64,000 nucleotides of DNA from Iphione sp. A-MEVVRFRX5 (Eukaryota): positions 14,136,001 through 14,200,000 of the forward strand of contig OZ320315.1 of assembly GCA_976226885.1 (NCBI GenBank). Direction: 5' to 3'. Positions 48,211 through 62,174 of the stretch are shown here, in pieces. Within the stretch, counting starts at the first letter, position 1, and every line of letters starts with the position of its first letter. Made by a program: the position numbers and the translations under genes. The notes under the pieces are model-generated. The model saw only the letters and a list, made by a program, of their open reading frames with translations. It was not told the DNA's origin and did no database searches.

Positions 48211-50795
48211 ACTAACTGCTTCAGCTCGGAATCCGTGGAAGTGATAGAAAGCAACAGTTTGTGTTATAAATTGTATGTCCAAGTATCTGAATACGATTAA
48301 ATCATAGAACATATTACCTATGGTACATGGTACGTTTTGCGAGATAATAAAAAACACAGAACAAAACAGCAGTCTGAGGAGGTGGGAAATTGACCGGAGG
48401 AAGTATTTGAGCGGTTGGTTTGGTAAGACATGAGAGGTTGCGCGTTTTTAGCACGTCGTAACTTGGAAAAGCGCCCATAGTAAAGTAGCGTAGGGAATCT
48501 TTCAAAATAGAGACGGTTAGGTCTTGGTCGTTCGGTTGTAAAACATTCTCGCTCTAATGAAATCGGTGGCCAGTAATATCAGTCTCGTGTCACTTCATCT
48601 GCGCTAGGCAGCAGAGGCTAGAACCAGAAAGAGAGACAGACAGACTGACTGATAGACAGATTGATTAACTGAAAGATGGAAAGACTTTTGCTAGACTAGT
48701 GAGGTTGGAATCAGTGAGAGAGACAGACGAACGGACAAACAGATGAACAAGTAGAAAGACAGACTGACAGATGGACAGACTGGCACTGCGCAAGGAAGGT
48801 GGTAAGGGCCGTTGGAATGTGTGTGTGCGAGAGAGAGGCAAACAGACACACCGACAGACGGACAGACAGGGAGACCTGATTAAGCAAGGGATGCCAGAAT
48901 CATAGAGAGAAAGACAGACACGCAGTCAGATAAATTCAGAGAAAATGTGAAAGAGAGAAACAGAGAGATGGATAGAGAGGTGCAGAGAGGGACACAGAGA
49001 AACGGGGCAAATGCAAACGGGAAGCGTTTACATTTAATATCGCGATGTTTTAGAACTAAAAAGCACTGCTCACTATAGAAAAGCGATGTCCACTGTGCAC
49101 ACCAGCTCAGTAGGTGGGGCAGGGAAGGAGATTGTTGGAGAAGTCATGTGGTGGTACCTCGGGCGCTTAGGTGTTAGCATCTTTACAAACGGAAACTACA
49201 AAACAGACCTAGTGACTGGTGGAGCCGGGGCCTGACTGTCTGTGGGTACGATGGAGGACATGCCCGGCCGCCTGGTTACTGTGGGGGGAGGGTTGTGATT
49301 TAGTGTATACCATCTAGTGATTGAGGATGTACTGTGGATTAACATATGATAGACAATTGATAGAGTCATCAGCAGCGGGTTTGTATGCATACGCGGAGAA
49401 ATTAGCAGGGAAATGGTAGAGGATACGGTGAGAATAGCCGCTGATTTCTGCGGGAATTGGTCACGGATTTTATTGGCATCGGCAACTAATGGTAAAGGTA
49501 CAAGTGGTTTTACAAAGGGAGGTGTTGGTGGGAAAGCATTGCTTTAGTGTTGATGGACGAGTATTTGATGGGGAAATTGAGGCAGCAGGCGTGGAACGGG
49601 AGGAGATATCGGCGGATTTGCGTAGGACTATTACAAAGTCTTGTAGATGGTTAAAAAAATAGACAGATTGAAACTCAGGGGGAAGCGTTGACTAACGCAG
49701 TCACTGCACACATCACTTGGACATTACATTCTGTACAACCTTCACTACCACCACATCCTGAACACAGAGGCTCAATCACTCTCTCAGGTTTAAATACTCT
49801 CAGACACCCCCGCATGCACGCAAACACACACACACGTAAAACTACCACAAACATGCACGGGGCCTCAAACAAACATACGCTTCATATTTAAACACACTGC
49901 CAACGTTCAAACACTCACAGAACAAGCAAGGCATATTCTTACCTGAAACAAAATACTTATCTCCATGCTACACGCGTAGACAGGGAAAAATAGTCACATG
50001 AACACTGAGACAACCAAAGTATGCTAATCTCAGCATCAGATTGAACACAACCACGCTAATATCATCCGTTGAGTCATACACAGTCACGTACACACGCACA
50101 CGCACACAGACACGTGCACCCAATAACCGCCGCAGCTATCCTAACTGATCCAGCCCTGACCAGGAATGCATGGCAGTCTTAGCGGACTGGGCGTTACAAG
50201 GGTGCGGGAAGGAGATGAATTTGGGCTGGGCGTCCTTGGTTGAATGGATCTCATTCCCTAACCTAGCGGGGCCATGTTATTGCCAATTACCGCCCCAATT
50301 GCCTTGGATCGCCGCTTGCAACAATTGTCTTTCTGCGCCGGGTGGAGGCCTTTACACACAGGACCGGTACACTGGGCAAGTTCGCCTTCACCACAGACAA
50401 ACGAAACTTCCTTCCTCTGTCGCATTTTTCTGTTTTCCTCTGTCTTTTTGTCTTTCTGCACAATACATTCTACCCTAGTTTTGTGTTCCATTTCCCTTCA
50501 CTGTCTGCCTTTCTGGTTGTCTCTGCCTCTATTAGACAGTGTCTGTCTCTGTCTGTCTTCCTCTGTGTGTGAGTGTCTCTCTCTTTTTTTTTTCTCCGTA
50601 TACATCTTACGCACGCGCTGTAATATCTGCTGAATACAAAGCCTAACACCTACGGCCTACACATCAAGAAATATATGTCTGACATATACTTCCTTTCTAC
50701 GTCATCCTTTCTTCCTCTTCTTGTATTTGTGAACTGATTAATATGGCATTCCTTCGAACTTCTGTCCCTCGCAGTCTTGGATAGTCAATAGGGTT

Positions 50796-51137
50796 GGGAG
50801 TTAGCTCAGTGGTAGAGCACTGGTCCACTGACTGAGAGGTCGCAGGTTTAATCCCAGGCCTGGGACTCTTGATCACGACCAGACAAATTTACTGTAGCCC
50901 TAACCCAGAGCGGTCTAAAACTCGTAAAAAGGCTGTGGGTGTATAGGATTCTGTTCCCTATGCACAAAAAGACCCCAGAAAACTATTCAAAATAAGAGTA
51001 GGGGACAATCCCGGATATTCTGGTCTCTCAATTCTCAATAATAGATGGTAGTATACTACTAGGAGGATATGAAAGATCCCTGTTGCATGATAGGTGAATA
51101 TATTCCTGGTAAAAGATACAATGAAATGAAATGAATA
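50796..51137 (+). mobile_element. tRNA-derived SINE, copy 4
   Basis: ggagttagctcagtggtagagc (A box), ggtttaatccc (B box), shared body, (ATGAA)n tail. Confidence 0.88.
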
Positions 51138-52459
51138 TGCTTTAATTGCACACTGCACCATATGCTCCCTGCGACAGTTGGAGATAAGAACAGAAGCTCA
51201 ATTTGAAACACACCGCTAGGAATATGACTTGAAAGGCAAAACCCATTCTTAATGAAAGGCCTTATCACATGATGCCTCCAGGCACCATTATGATGTTTCA
51301 AAGGTTTGGTACATATTTGTCTTCTGTATGATAGTCTGACAAAAGTTGTCTGTTATGTTGAAAAGGGAAGTAATTTTGTCTACATATTTGCGTTTGTCTT
51401 GTCTTTAATGTGATCGTATCGACATTACAAGGGCGTTGCCCCGCGGGATACAGCAAATCATATGCGCTAGCCTCGCAAACAATATCATTGACATTGAGCA
51501 TCGCCCACATGTTCTCAATTTCTGACTGTATAATGGGTACACATTCAAAATATAGACGCAATAAAGGAATTCAAATGTCTTGCTGATCAGTCTTGTGCCT
51601 TTCTTTGACATAAGCCCTGTGATTTCCTTCAACTTAGGATCTTTCCTCGAATAAGTGCTATTAAGCGCTATGCCGAAACAGCTAAATAACTGGCCGTTTC
51701 GTCCATGAGGCTTACCTCTCGAAAACGCTACCTCAGAATGGAACTTACACTATATAGCAGGTACATGGCACTGGTGGTCCCAACTGGAACTTGACTACAG
51801 ATGAACTTTAGTTTATTAGTAATTGTGTCCTGGGCTCAACTATTAAATACCAGTATTGGAAAGACTTTGGATGCCTAGATTAGTGGATGATGGGCCGGTA
51901 TATTCTATTTGTCTCTCTCTACTTCACAAGTCACACTGTTAGTGGAGATATCATATTTCCTCACTGGCTGTGCATATTGGAGATTGAGAGACTAGCTCAA
52001 TGTTTTGTATGTGTTTTTCCTAATGCCCCTGCTTCCCAAGATGCTTTTACAATTTATTATTCAACAATACCTAAGAGGCGTTTTGGAGGAAATCGCTGGT
52101 TGGTATGGGTGTGATGAGACTAGTGGTTAACTAAATGGCCGATTTCTCGTTAGCCATGACTTATCACCTCGGTCTTGGCCTTGGCTGTTCCTGCTATCTC
52201 ACATGTATTTCTCATGAGAACTCTTATTTCCAAGATAGGCAGACTAAGAGAGGCCACACTCTTATGTAATAATCTCTTATGTAATAATTTGTGGCTAGGG
52301 TGACTTTTGACAGTGCGTTTGTGATCTATGAAATCTATGATAGATCTTTTTTTCTTTAACTTTATATACACTGGATATATAATATACATACAAATATTTT
52401 GCTCCAAAAATAGCTTTTTGGTTATAACAAAACACATCTTGAACAGATGCATGAAAAAA

Positions 52460-52710
52460 CAGGAAACTTCATGGAGAAAATGCAGAAAAACTACTATTTC
52501 ATGGAGGAAGTGTTGAAAAATGGCAAATTTCAGGGAGAAAGTGCCCAAAACGGCTATTTCATGAAGATTGTGGCAAATTCCATGGAGAGAGAGTGCTGAA
52601 AAATGGCAAATGTCAGGGCAAAAATGCTGAAAACAGCAAATTTCAGGGAGATTGTGGCAAATTCCATGGAGAAAGTGTCTAAAAATGGCAAATTTCAGGG
52701 AGAAAGTGTG
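52460..52710 (-). repeat. ~31-bp minisatellite, inverted copy of the 14100 family
   Basis: aaaaatggcaaatttcagggagaaagtg and gattgtggcaaattccatggaga are repeated. Confidence 0.8.
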
Positions 52711-53164
52711 GGGGAAAGTCCCCAAGACTCCTCTGGAGGTATCTCATGATTCAGGGTCTTATCTACCCCCCAGGGGAAATGAGAAAACTGTACTGACAAC
52801 CCCAAGATGGCAGTCTAGAGCACACTGATAAGGTGTGTGAATGATCAGCACATCTTAAAAGATAGGCACCTTGCAGAGAGCCTCAGACAGCACAACAGTG
52901 AATGGGAAATCGGCCATAAGCCAGGTTTCCACGAGGATTTCCATATAATTTGTCTTATTTGGTGATACAGACATCTTACCTGGGTTGGTGTGTATTGATG
53001 TACGAACAGCCTTTTGTTCAAACTGCCCATAAAAGTTATAGGCTGCATCAATATACAGAGGATACTCCAAAACCAAACACTCAAAAACTGGATTTCCCCA
53101 CATCCGAACAAAACTGGCTGGTACCAATTGTTTTTCTCTGTTAATAAACCCATATAAACAAACA

Positions 53165-53345
53165 TTTCTATCTGAAATCCGAACAATTTTCGGAAAATTT
53201 TGGGTTATTTTTTGCGATTTTCAGATGAATTTGGGTCATTTTTGATGATTTTCGGACGAATTTGGCTGAGTTTTGCCAGTTTTTGGACGAATTTGACTGG
53301 TTTTTGAAGACTGAAATCCGAATTTTCCCAAATCCAAACGAAATC
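53165..53345. repeat. Degenerate ~30-bp tandem repeat (ttttcggacgaatttgg..)
   Basis: ttttc.gacgaatttg anchors near 53180, 53218, 53250 and 53282. Confidence 0.6.
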
Positions 53346-55655
53346 ACTTGAAATGGGGATCGTTCGGTTTTTGAGTATTTACTGTATACTACATTCCTGC
53401 CTTGGATATCACAGCTAGGACCTTACTATTATAGTGCGGATTTTATCATCCTGCTGTTTTGGGGTTGAGTATGTACTTGCCTCGTGTGTGTTGGACGGAA
53501 CAGTGCGCCCTTGCTTTATCTTCTATATTGCTGATGTAGCGGTTAAGTTGTTGTCCGTGTTGGAAAATGTAAAGTGTATACTTATAAGGCTCAGAAGAAA
53601 GGCTTTCAGTGTAATGTTATAAGAAAATATAAGGTACCTAAAGGAAAAATGTTAACGTCTCTGTTGTATGTTGTTGCCATAATGGCTAACACTACACGCT
53701 AATAATGGACCACTAGTGCTCTGGGACCTTCTTATGGGTGTGACTGTCTGTAACTATGCCGTGATGATTGTGATGACAACCTGATTATCCTGTTGATGAT
53801 TATTGTAGTATAAGGCCTGAATACGCACCATCAACTCAGGGTTAAACAGAGAACCTTTAGGGTCAAACCCTAGTGATTGGTTGTTTATGGTTATATTTGT
53901 AGACCAGGAGAGCTTATGCTCGATCGTAGGACACTGCAAACTGTTATCACTCCATATTAAATTAGAACTGTGAAGAACTCACTTGGTGTGGTGTGACCAG
54001 GGAAGTCCTGACAAAATGGCTCTATTAACCTCCAATCTAGAGCTGCAGACATCGCACACGGAAGGTACCCTTCACTCACTTCAAATCTTATGTTTGTCTA
54101 AAGATGGGTTTTATATGATACTCTTGCATGTTGATCTGTCAGTGTCGTCTGGGTTTTCTTTCCTCATGGGTTATGTGCTGTACAAGGTTGTCCTGATGTT
54201 TCTGGTTCTACGCTAGACTGAGTATGTCTAGAGTGGGTTCTGGGTTAATAATAGCTTTACTCATACTCGTATTCGCTAGTCCTCATCTGGGTTGGCCTGA
54301 TAGTGTGTGTTGTAATTATGCTGAACAAGGTTGTCCTTATGGCTCGGGGAGGGGGTCTACGCTAGACAGGGTGCGTCTGCAGTGTGTGTTGGGCTAAAGG
54401 TGGTTCCCGTGTCCGACCTACCCCTAGGCAGTGATCAACCATGTCCTTACAAAACGATTCTATTAACCTCAGGTCCGGCGCTCAGACACAGCTGCAGCAG
54501 CAGGAGATTGGCACTGACCCGGACTTATACTGACTTACTGGGGGGGCGGGGGTGGGAGACCCACTGCCAGTAAGGCTCGGTGGCTACCTCCACCTCTGTG
54601 AGGCTCAAGTGAACGTCTTCTGAATGGGTCGTCTGTTACTCGATTGTAAAATCACTCAGACATAGTCATTCATCATATCACTCTTAATGGTCTTTTGATC
54701 CATTACTTATTAGGTATACTACTTTCGTCCCCTTCCCTCTTGTTTTCTCTTTTCCTGCTTCCATGGCATCGTTCTGTTCAGACATATATTGCATCGTCCG
54801 TTTTCATCTTAGTTGTGACGTTTTTTTAAAATAAATTCCCTCTCTTTGTCCTCTTGTAGTGTAGTTTCCTTACATTTTCTGTCCCAGTACTACTTCTCTT
54901 TCCTAATCCGTTTTCACGGTAGTGTTCGTCCTTCTACCATTCTTGTATTCGCCCATCTCCGTTCACGTTTCTTCCCTCTGGCTCTTGTCTTTCTTCTATC
55001 AGTTATAACACTTTTCTGTTCCACGTTACAAAAGGTATCGTGCTTCATGTTGGATTGGATTCGTTGTATGGTAGCTGTCATTGTAAAATATACACATCTT
55101 CATCTGCTACATTGATAACGTACCACCTCCTGTTACCCGTGTCATATGCCCATATACTGAATCAGCCCATCTCCTGCATCTACAAGAATCACCGCTTCGT
55201 CAACAGCGGCTGGGAATCAATGAAAAGGCATCAGTACGACTATTCCCTCTATCCCACCTCCGATGGTGCCATTAGCAAAAATGTAAGTCAATATTTCCCA
55301 CCGCATATTTTTATTTGTTGAAGATCTAACGCGACAGGTTTAAATGACTTGTGAAGCTGCTTTAAACTGGGCAATTTCCTTTATATGCCGATTTACAACT
55401 TTTCTGGTCATTGGTCGGAAGAGAGCCTGGCACGTTCACTATGTGCGTCCATGCACATACCTCTTTGCATGAGAAATCCATCCAATTATCTTTATTTGAT
55501 GTCACAGTTTAAGCTAAATTAACATTTGTCCATATTTGCCTGGAATAGTAACCATGCAGGATTCAAGGAGCAGGTTCAGTACCTAAGCATAGACCACCAA
55601 GTAGAGCACAGAGTTCACCATGTCATAAATGACTTAGGGATGCAATGCTTTGGGT

Positions 55656-56013
55656 GGGGAGTTAGCTCAGTTGGTAGAGCTATTGGTCCACTGACTGAAA
55701 GGTCACAGGTTCAATCCTGGGTTTGGGTCTCGTAATCACAACCAGACAGATTTACTGAAGCTGTGACCCAGAGTGGTCCACAACTCATAAAAACGCTGTT
55801 GGTGTATAGGATTCTGTCTCCCTTACACAAAAAGACCCAGAAACCTATTCAAACAAAGAGTAGGGAACAGCCCTAGGTATTCTGGTCTCTCACTTCTAAA
55901 TAATAGATGGTAGTATGCTATACCAAGAAGGATTTGGATGGACAGCTTAAATGATAGCTGAATATCTAGTTCCGGGTTAAAGATACAATGAAAATGAAAA
56001 ACTGAAAAATAAA
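55656..56013 (+). mobile_element. tRNA-derived SINE, copy 5
   Basis: ggggagttagctcagttggtagagc (A box), ggttcaatcc (B box), shared body and tail. Confidence 0.88.
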
Positions 56014-59000
56014 AGGATACATTCTAGTTGGCTTATTTAATCTCTGCAATGTCTGTTTAAAGTCTACCTTACATCCTGAAATATAAAACAAACCATAACC
56101 CTATTTTGTTCATTGCACTATGGGTGCTATGGACTTGGGCCTGCATCCCTCTACTCAACCTACAATTCATACATTGATTGTGAAAGCTGCCAGTGCCTTT
56201 GTTTAGCCTAAAAATTGATCATGTGATCAGTGGCAGCATTCAAGGACGCTTTGTATTCCACGAAGAAAACGCCTTTTAAGCAATTTCTACCATTCACTAT
56301 GCTCCACAGTATTTATTCTCTCTCCTATCTTTCAAAGGTATCTCGAATTATTAGTGTTCTTCTTGATATCATCCCTCGGCACCAACCATGACATAACACC
56401 TTCTTGGTTTCACCATTCCCCCCTGATGATATAATAGATAGCTATACTGACACGTGATTAGCCTTGCCCAGTGAATAGGGAAACACCCCTGCGCCAGTAA
56501 CCATGGACGTTCTCTCCGCGTACAGTACATAGCAGTAACATTTGTCTGATTTTCAACAGAGCAATTGTTATAACGACAGATTGTGGAGCTGCATTAATAC
56601 CGAATGGGGAAAGGCCATGCTGTTATGAACATTCACGTTAGTCATTTATTACTCGCCGTTATTCTCATATTTCCCCTTTGGTCGCGTAGTCGTTTTTTTT
56701 TCACTTCCAACTTGAAAAAGGAAATCAGTTGAATGAGCTGTCGTTTATCTGTGAATACATGAGGATGGCGGATGGATTGCACGAGCAACAAAGTCGTTAG
56801 GGCTATCAAATAAGGAACGAGGAGATTGTATTTGGAGATATTCCGAGCTTTGGAACGTTGGAGGACACAGAACTGTGAATTGCGTGCTCCCGACCCGCCA
56901 TCCATTGCCCCGAGTGGTGTGATGGTCTCCGCGTCTGAAATCCCTTGATGAATGTTATGCTCTTTGATGATTTAATGCACTGTAGATACAGAGACACAAA
57001 GGGAGATAGGTGCTGAGATTCAGAGGATCTGGGGAGATGGGAGCGGTTAAGGGAGCTTTGAAACATCGCAATATGGCGTGTTCGTATTGTATGTGTGTAC
57101 GTTTGTGAGTGTTTGAGTGCCTACATATCAGTTGTCATCAGATATATTATAAACTGTGTCTTTGAAGCTTAAACGCTTTTGATTGCTGGGGATATATCAG
57201 CATGAGTGGGAACAGTTCGAGAAATTATCGTAAAGGGCGATTCGGACAAGTAGGCCTATGCGATATTGTTTGCTTTGTAAGATGAAAGGTAATGAGAAGA
57301 GAAGAGGCAAAAACCGCATATAAAATAGAATAAAAACACAGAGGGACACAGAAGGAGACAGAGATACAACAATAAAGACATGCAGGAAGGCGTATAATAC
57401 AACGCTAAAATGATGGGTGTATGTGCGAGGGTGTGAGCACTTGTATATCTGTGTATCAAAGAACAGAAGGAGGGAGACGGAGGAAAGGGAATTTTTTAAA
57501 AATTCTGTATTTATCTTGAGTATTATACGCTATAGCGCGTTTTTCCCATGGACGTCGCGGTTCTCAGTCATATGACCTTATCCCAGTGAAAATTATATAA
57601 AGAAGATAGAGCACCACTCATGATTAAATGAATAAGAGTAATAGGTGATCCGTGAGCAGGTATATCAATGTTGATCCATAAATGAAGAGGCAGGAAGAGA
57701 GGGAAGGAGATGCGCAGGCAGAGAAAGAGAGGGGGACAGAGAGACAAACAGACAGAGAAAGAGACAGATGGAAGAGACAAAGGGAAAGCAGGAGTGATGA
57801 TATTCTCATGGCATAGTTACGATTTTAGGGACAAAGGGACGGCAGTTCAAAAATAATTAAGGCTAGCTGACCATATTGCGAAGATGGATCGCTAGTTCCA
57901 TCATCTACCGCTAGGAACACCCTATCGAAAAGATGGCTTCTGTTTTTGTCCCCTGCTGTCCTTGAGGCAAGGCGTCTTTCCATATATGGTGTTAGGGGCG
58001 CTGCAGGCTGACGTATGGCGTCTGTAATGACCGGCAGAGCCTCGTTTTGAGAACACAGCGACCGCCGTAAGAATCGATGGCAAAGACGTATCAATCGGGA
58101 AATGGAGCATGCTGAACTTGAAGCGGAATGAAATGAAAATCTATAGTAATCCTCCGAGCGACGTACTGCAGAGTCGCCTCCCCCCGCCTAGAGACAAGAA
58201 TGAAGAAAGAATTAAAACAAGATGGCGTCGACCTTGAGATGTATTTGTTAGATGCCGTAGGGAGTGTATCCATTACGTAGGGTAATTGATTTAAGGTCCT
58301 AATTACAATGGTGTAAAAGATGCAGTTGTTGTGTACCAGTTGTAACGGCTAATTGCCGCATGTTTTGTGTGGAAGCAGAGGCTAAAGTACCCTTTTAAGC
58401 GGTGCAGGATAGTTTGTTTTAAAACTTCCCGTTCAGGGGATTAATCCGTAGGTCAGATTACAGAGAATAAAATGAACAAGAAGAAATAAAAAAGTGTAAG
58501 AGACATAAACAGCTAAAAGAGAAGATATTTAGAAGCAGCATAACAGAATAGAGCAAACAGCGGAGTGAATGTTAGTGGCAAATATCAGTAAGGCAAGGCA
58601 GAGGAAGCAGCCACAAGTACAAATACAGAAAGACAGGAGTAGGAGAAATAGAGAAGCTAACTGAGATGATTGAGTAATGACAGAGGAGGCTTGCCGTGGC
58701 CGCCATGTTGATTACATACCACCAGAGCCGTATCTCTCCCCGTGATGTGACGTCTGCCATACCAGTGTCTCAATAAGGGGCGTGTTCAGTCAGTCAGTAT
58801 GTGTGTGTTCGTCTGGTGGGGGCCGCTAGGGTGCAGCACTATTTTTTTTGTCTTCTTTCAATCCACTGTCTTTCTTAAATTGTTTACGTTCTCTACTGTT
58901 CCTCTTTCTTTCCCTCTGTCCCACATGCTCTCTGTCCCACTTTCCCTGTGTATTTCTCGTGCTTCTACTTTTCTTCTCGCAATCGAGTTTCTTTTTCGTC

Positions 59001-59993
59001 ATTTGATAATATCAAAGATATCTACTCGACCGTTTCCAATCATTATCTGTTGGCTCAAATAGTCATTTTCTAATTTCCACGTTTTACTTTTCTAATTTTC
59101 TAAATATCCTTACATTGGCCCCTTTTCCTTCTTGTGCCTTCTTCACCTGTACTTATCTCTTTCACAATAGACTTTCTGTTTCCCTTCCTTTCAATTTAGC
59201 CCTTTTTTTTACTGTATATGTGTCTGTCTTGCTTACGTGACCTCATTATTCATGATCACGTGATACGTGCCTTCCCTCCAGATATATCCTGTTTCTGCAT
59301 CTTCACCTCATTATCTCCCTCCCTTCTTCACCTCGAAACATTCATTGTTGAAAATATGCCCTCCCCAGCCATATCTCTGTGAAATATATCTCATCTTATT
59401 ATCACTCTATCTGTTATGAAAAAAATGGCGTCCGATAAGGCAGCAGATAGGTGGCCTCGTCCCAGCATATCCGGAAACCATTTGTCTTCGCCAGCATCCT
59501 GGTACGCCTTGAATCCCAGCTTTTGTCAATACCTTTATTATCCTCTCCCCTTTCTTTGTGCAAGCTGTACTCCTTGGACGTCATACTCATCTCCCCCATG
59601 GCCCGTGTCTGCCGTTGCTTTTATTTTCCTGTGCTTTTCCTTCTCTTATGAACTAACAGAACACATTCATTTCAGTATAACCGTCTCTATCTTCACTAAA
59701 ATTCCACCCCCGTTTTCTCTTCGTACTTTCTGTATACTTTGTTCCGCATAATCCATTCTTTACAGCTTCTCTCACCTAAATTTTTGCCCCTTTTTCCTTT
59801 GTATTCGATATATTTACTGTAGCATGAAGTCCTATATGCATGTTGGGTTTTCTCTAAAATTTCTTTTCCTTTTTTTGCTTCATGTTACACATCCTCCCTA
59901 CAGTGCCTATACCTTCCTCTATGGCCTGTCTCTGTTTATGTCCCTGTCTCTTCCTGCCTCAATTTCTCTCTTTTACACAGCACCACTGAGTTA

Positions 59994-60431
59994 GGCCCAG
60001 TTTCCTTGTGTCTGGAGATTTTTCCCGAGCACCCACTCTGTGCTCGGGAAAAAACGAAACTATGGGAATGTACTAGTGTGTTCCCATGCATCTGGGATTT
60101 TTTCCCCAGAGCACAGACTCTAAGCTCCAGGAAAAATCTCCGGAGCCCATAAATGAGCATTGTCCATTAATTTACAGGTTTTTCTGGAGCACGGACACAC
60201 CGGAGGTTATAAAAGGTGGTTTGAGGCATTTTAAGAAACAGGAAAACTATGTAATATATGTTAGATGTTATGAAATATTTTTAAATTTGCATATTATTTG
60301 CATAAAAAATGCACAGTTTCGACTGATGTGTCTCAACCTCCACTGAAAACTGCACAATTTTGACCAACATGCCTCAACCTCCATGAAAAAAAATAAATAC
60401 ATGTACATACATTAGAATGCATATATCGCTG

Positions 60432-60490
<59 letters not shown>

Positions 60491-60643
60491 TTGAGCTCTC
60501 TCCCTCACAGAGTCTGTGCACAGAGAAAGGGAAAAAATCCGTACACTTAAAGAACCGGGTGTCCGTGGATGTGCAGAAAACAGCCTATTTTCCAGACTAC
60601 ACACACAGTATGGAAAAATCTCCGTGCACATGGGTACCGGCCC
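59994..60643. mobile_element. PIF/Harbinger-type MITE (650 bp) with internal hairpins and (TC)n
   Basis: TTA on both flanks; TIRs ggcccagtttccttgtgtctggagatttttcc vs gggccggtacccatgtgcacggagatttttcc (24/32). Confidence 0.7.
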
Positions 60644-62174
60644 TTAATTTGTCTTGATTATAGCACTCACCTTGTATATTTTTCTCTCCCTCTCTCAGTC
60701 TGTATTTCTTTTTTCTCTCTCTGGTTTCTCCCCAGCTACCGGTGTTCTATCTACCTGAGCAGTAGAAGTGATAATGTCATACATATTTGTTCCTGTCAGT
60801 TTGAATTAACATTGGAAAAAAAGTCAGAAAAATAAAAAAACACCACCGACCTACCGACCCTGTAAATTTTAAGCTTGTTACCGGAAACACAGAACCTTTT
60901 TTTAGGCCTAATGACCTTGTACGTAGTTCTCCTTGTATTGACACTAGTTCTGTCATCAGTGTGTCTCTACTTTCAACTATCTCCAACGTCTCTCTCCATT
61001 GTATTCCCGGTTTCAAATGTTAAAGCAAACACCGAGCAAGGCAGCTGCGAGGCAACAGAGTAGGATTTCTTTTCTCGGTTTGTCGCCACCTTTCTCGTTG
61101 TCTGCATCTATCACCATTATGATAATTTCTCTTTCCTTTCATTTCCATTTTAGCTGTGTTTACTGAAATAAGGTACCCCGCCCTAATCGTTCAAATACCT
61201 CAAAATAATCATTTTCCGACGAAGTAATGATGTATTCGGCCCTCCCTTTGCATTTCTTCCCATGTTCTCCCGCCCAGCCTTTCCCTCTGCATCCATCTTT
61301 CAGTAAGGCTGTAATTTGCTCTCCCTCCCTTTCCATTTCTCTTGTTTTGACAGAGGGAAGCCCTTCCCTAATCCTCCAAATACCTTACGATAGGTGTTCG
61401 CGGGACAAGGCACCACCCGCCTATAATTGCCAATTAAGAGATGTTGCTTCTTCCGTCGTCGCCTGCCAGATAGTTTCCATAGCAATGGGCCTAGCGAGGT
61501 GCCTTATAATTGTATCAAGATAATGAATTCATGTGGGCCGGGCCCCAGCCGCTTGGAAAACGCCATTAGGCGCCACCAGGAGGCGCTTCCAACAAGATTT
61601 CTGCCGCAATTTTCTCATGTATAAGACGCTGGTGGTTGAGGGGGTGTTTAAATAGTGGGGGTAAGGGAGGACTGGATGGGAAGGAGGCTGACTGAAACAA
61701 GGGAGGGTAAGCAAGGGGAGGGGGGTCTCAAGTTGAGATTTCTAATGAAAAGCAGGCTTGCAGGTGGATACGGTGGCTTTAGGGTGGCATGCGGGAAGAG
61801 GAGCTGGCGAGATGGAAGGATTAGGATGTTATGACAAGTAAGACTATGTACAAGGTAAGGTTAAGGATACCGGGGGTGCCCTGAAGTAAATAATTGTCTT
61901 GTCAATGAAAACACATCTAGCAGTTGCCAGATTTGACTTAGGCGTGATCTGGCGTTGGTGGGCGGTTGGTTGGGTGGCTGTAAGGTCATTAAACCACGCA
62001 ACATGAAGGGAGTTACAGAGGGGATGCGGAGACTGATGATGAGCTGAGGATCATAGATTTTCCCGTAAAAAAGGAACATGGGTGTGGCTAAAGGGATTTA
62101 GAAAGGTGGGTAGGGAATGAGTAAATGAAAACAGTAGTACGTCCATTCGAAAGACAGAGGACAACAAAGGTTTA

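Noticed and set aside
46487-48357. His/Thr-rich ORFs up to 210 aa
   Set aside because: Translations of CA-rich simple repeats; the same applies to Leu/Phe/Ser ORFs over GA tracts and the ORFs spanning the N gap.
55150-55290. Plus-strand exon ending in aaaat|GTAAGT
   Set aside because: Good donor but weak acceptor, and the peptide is unrecognised.
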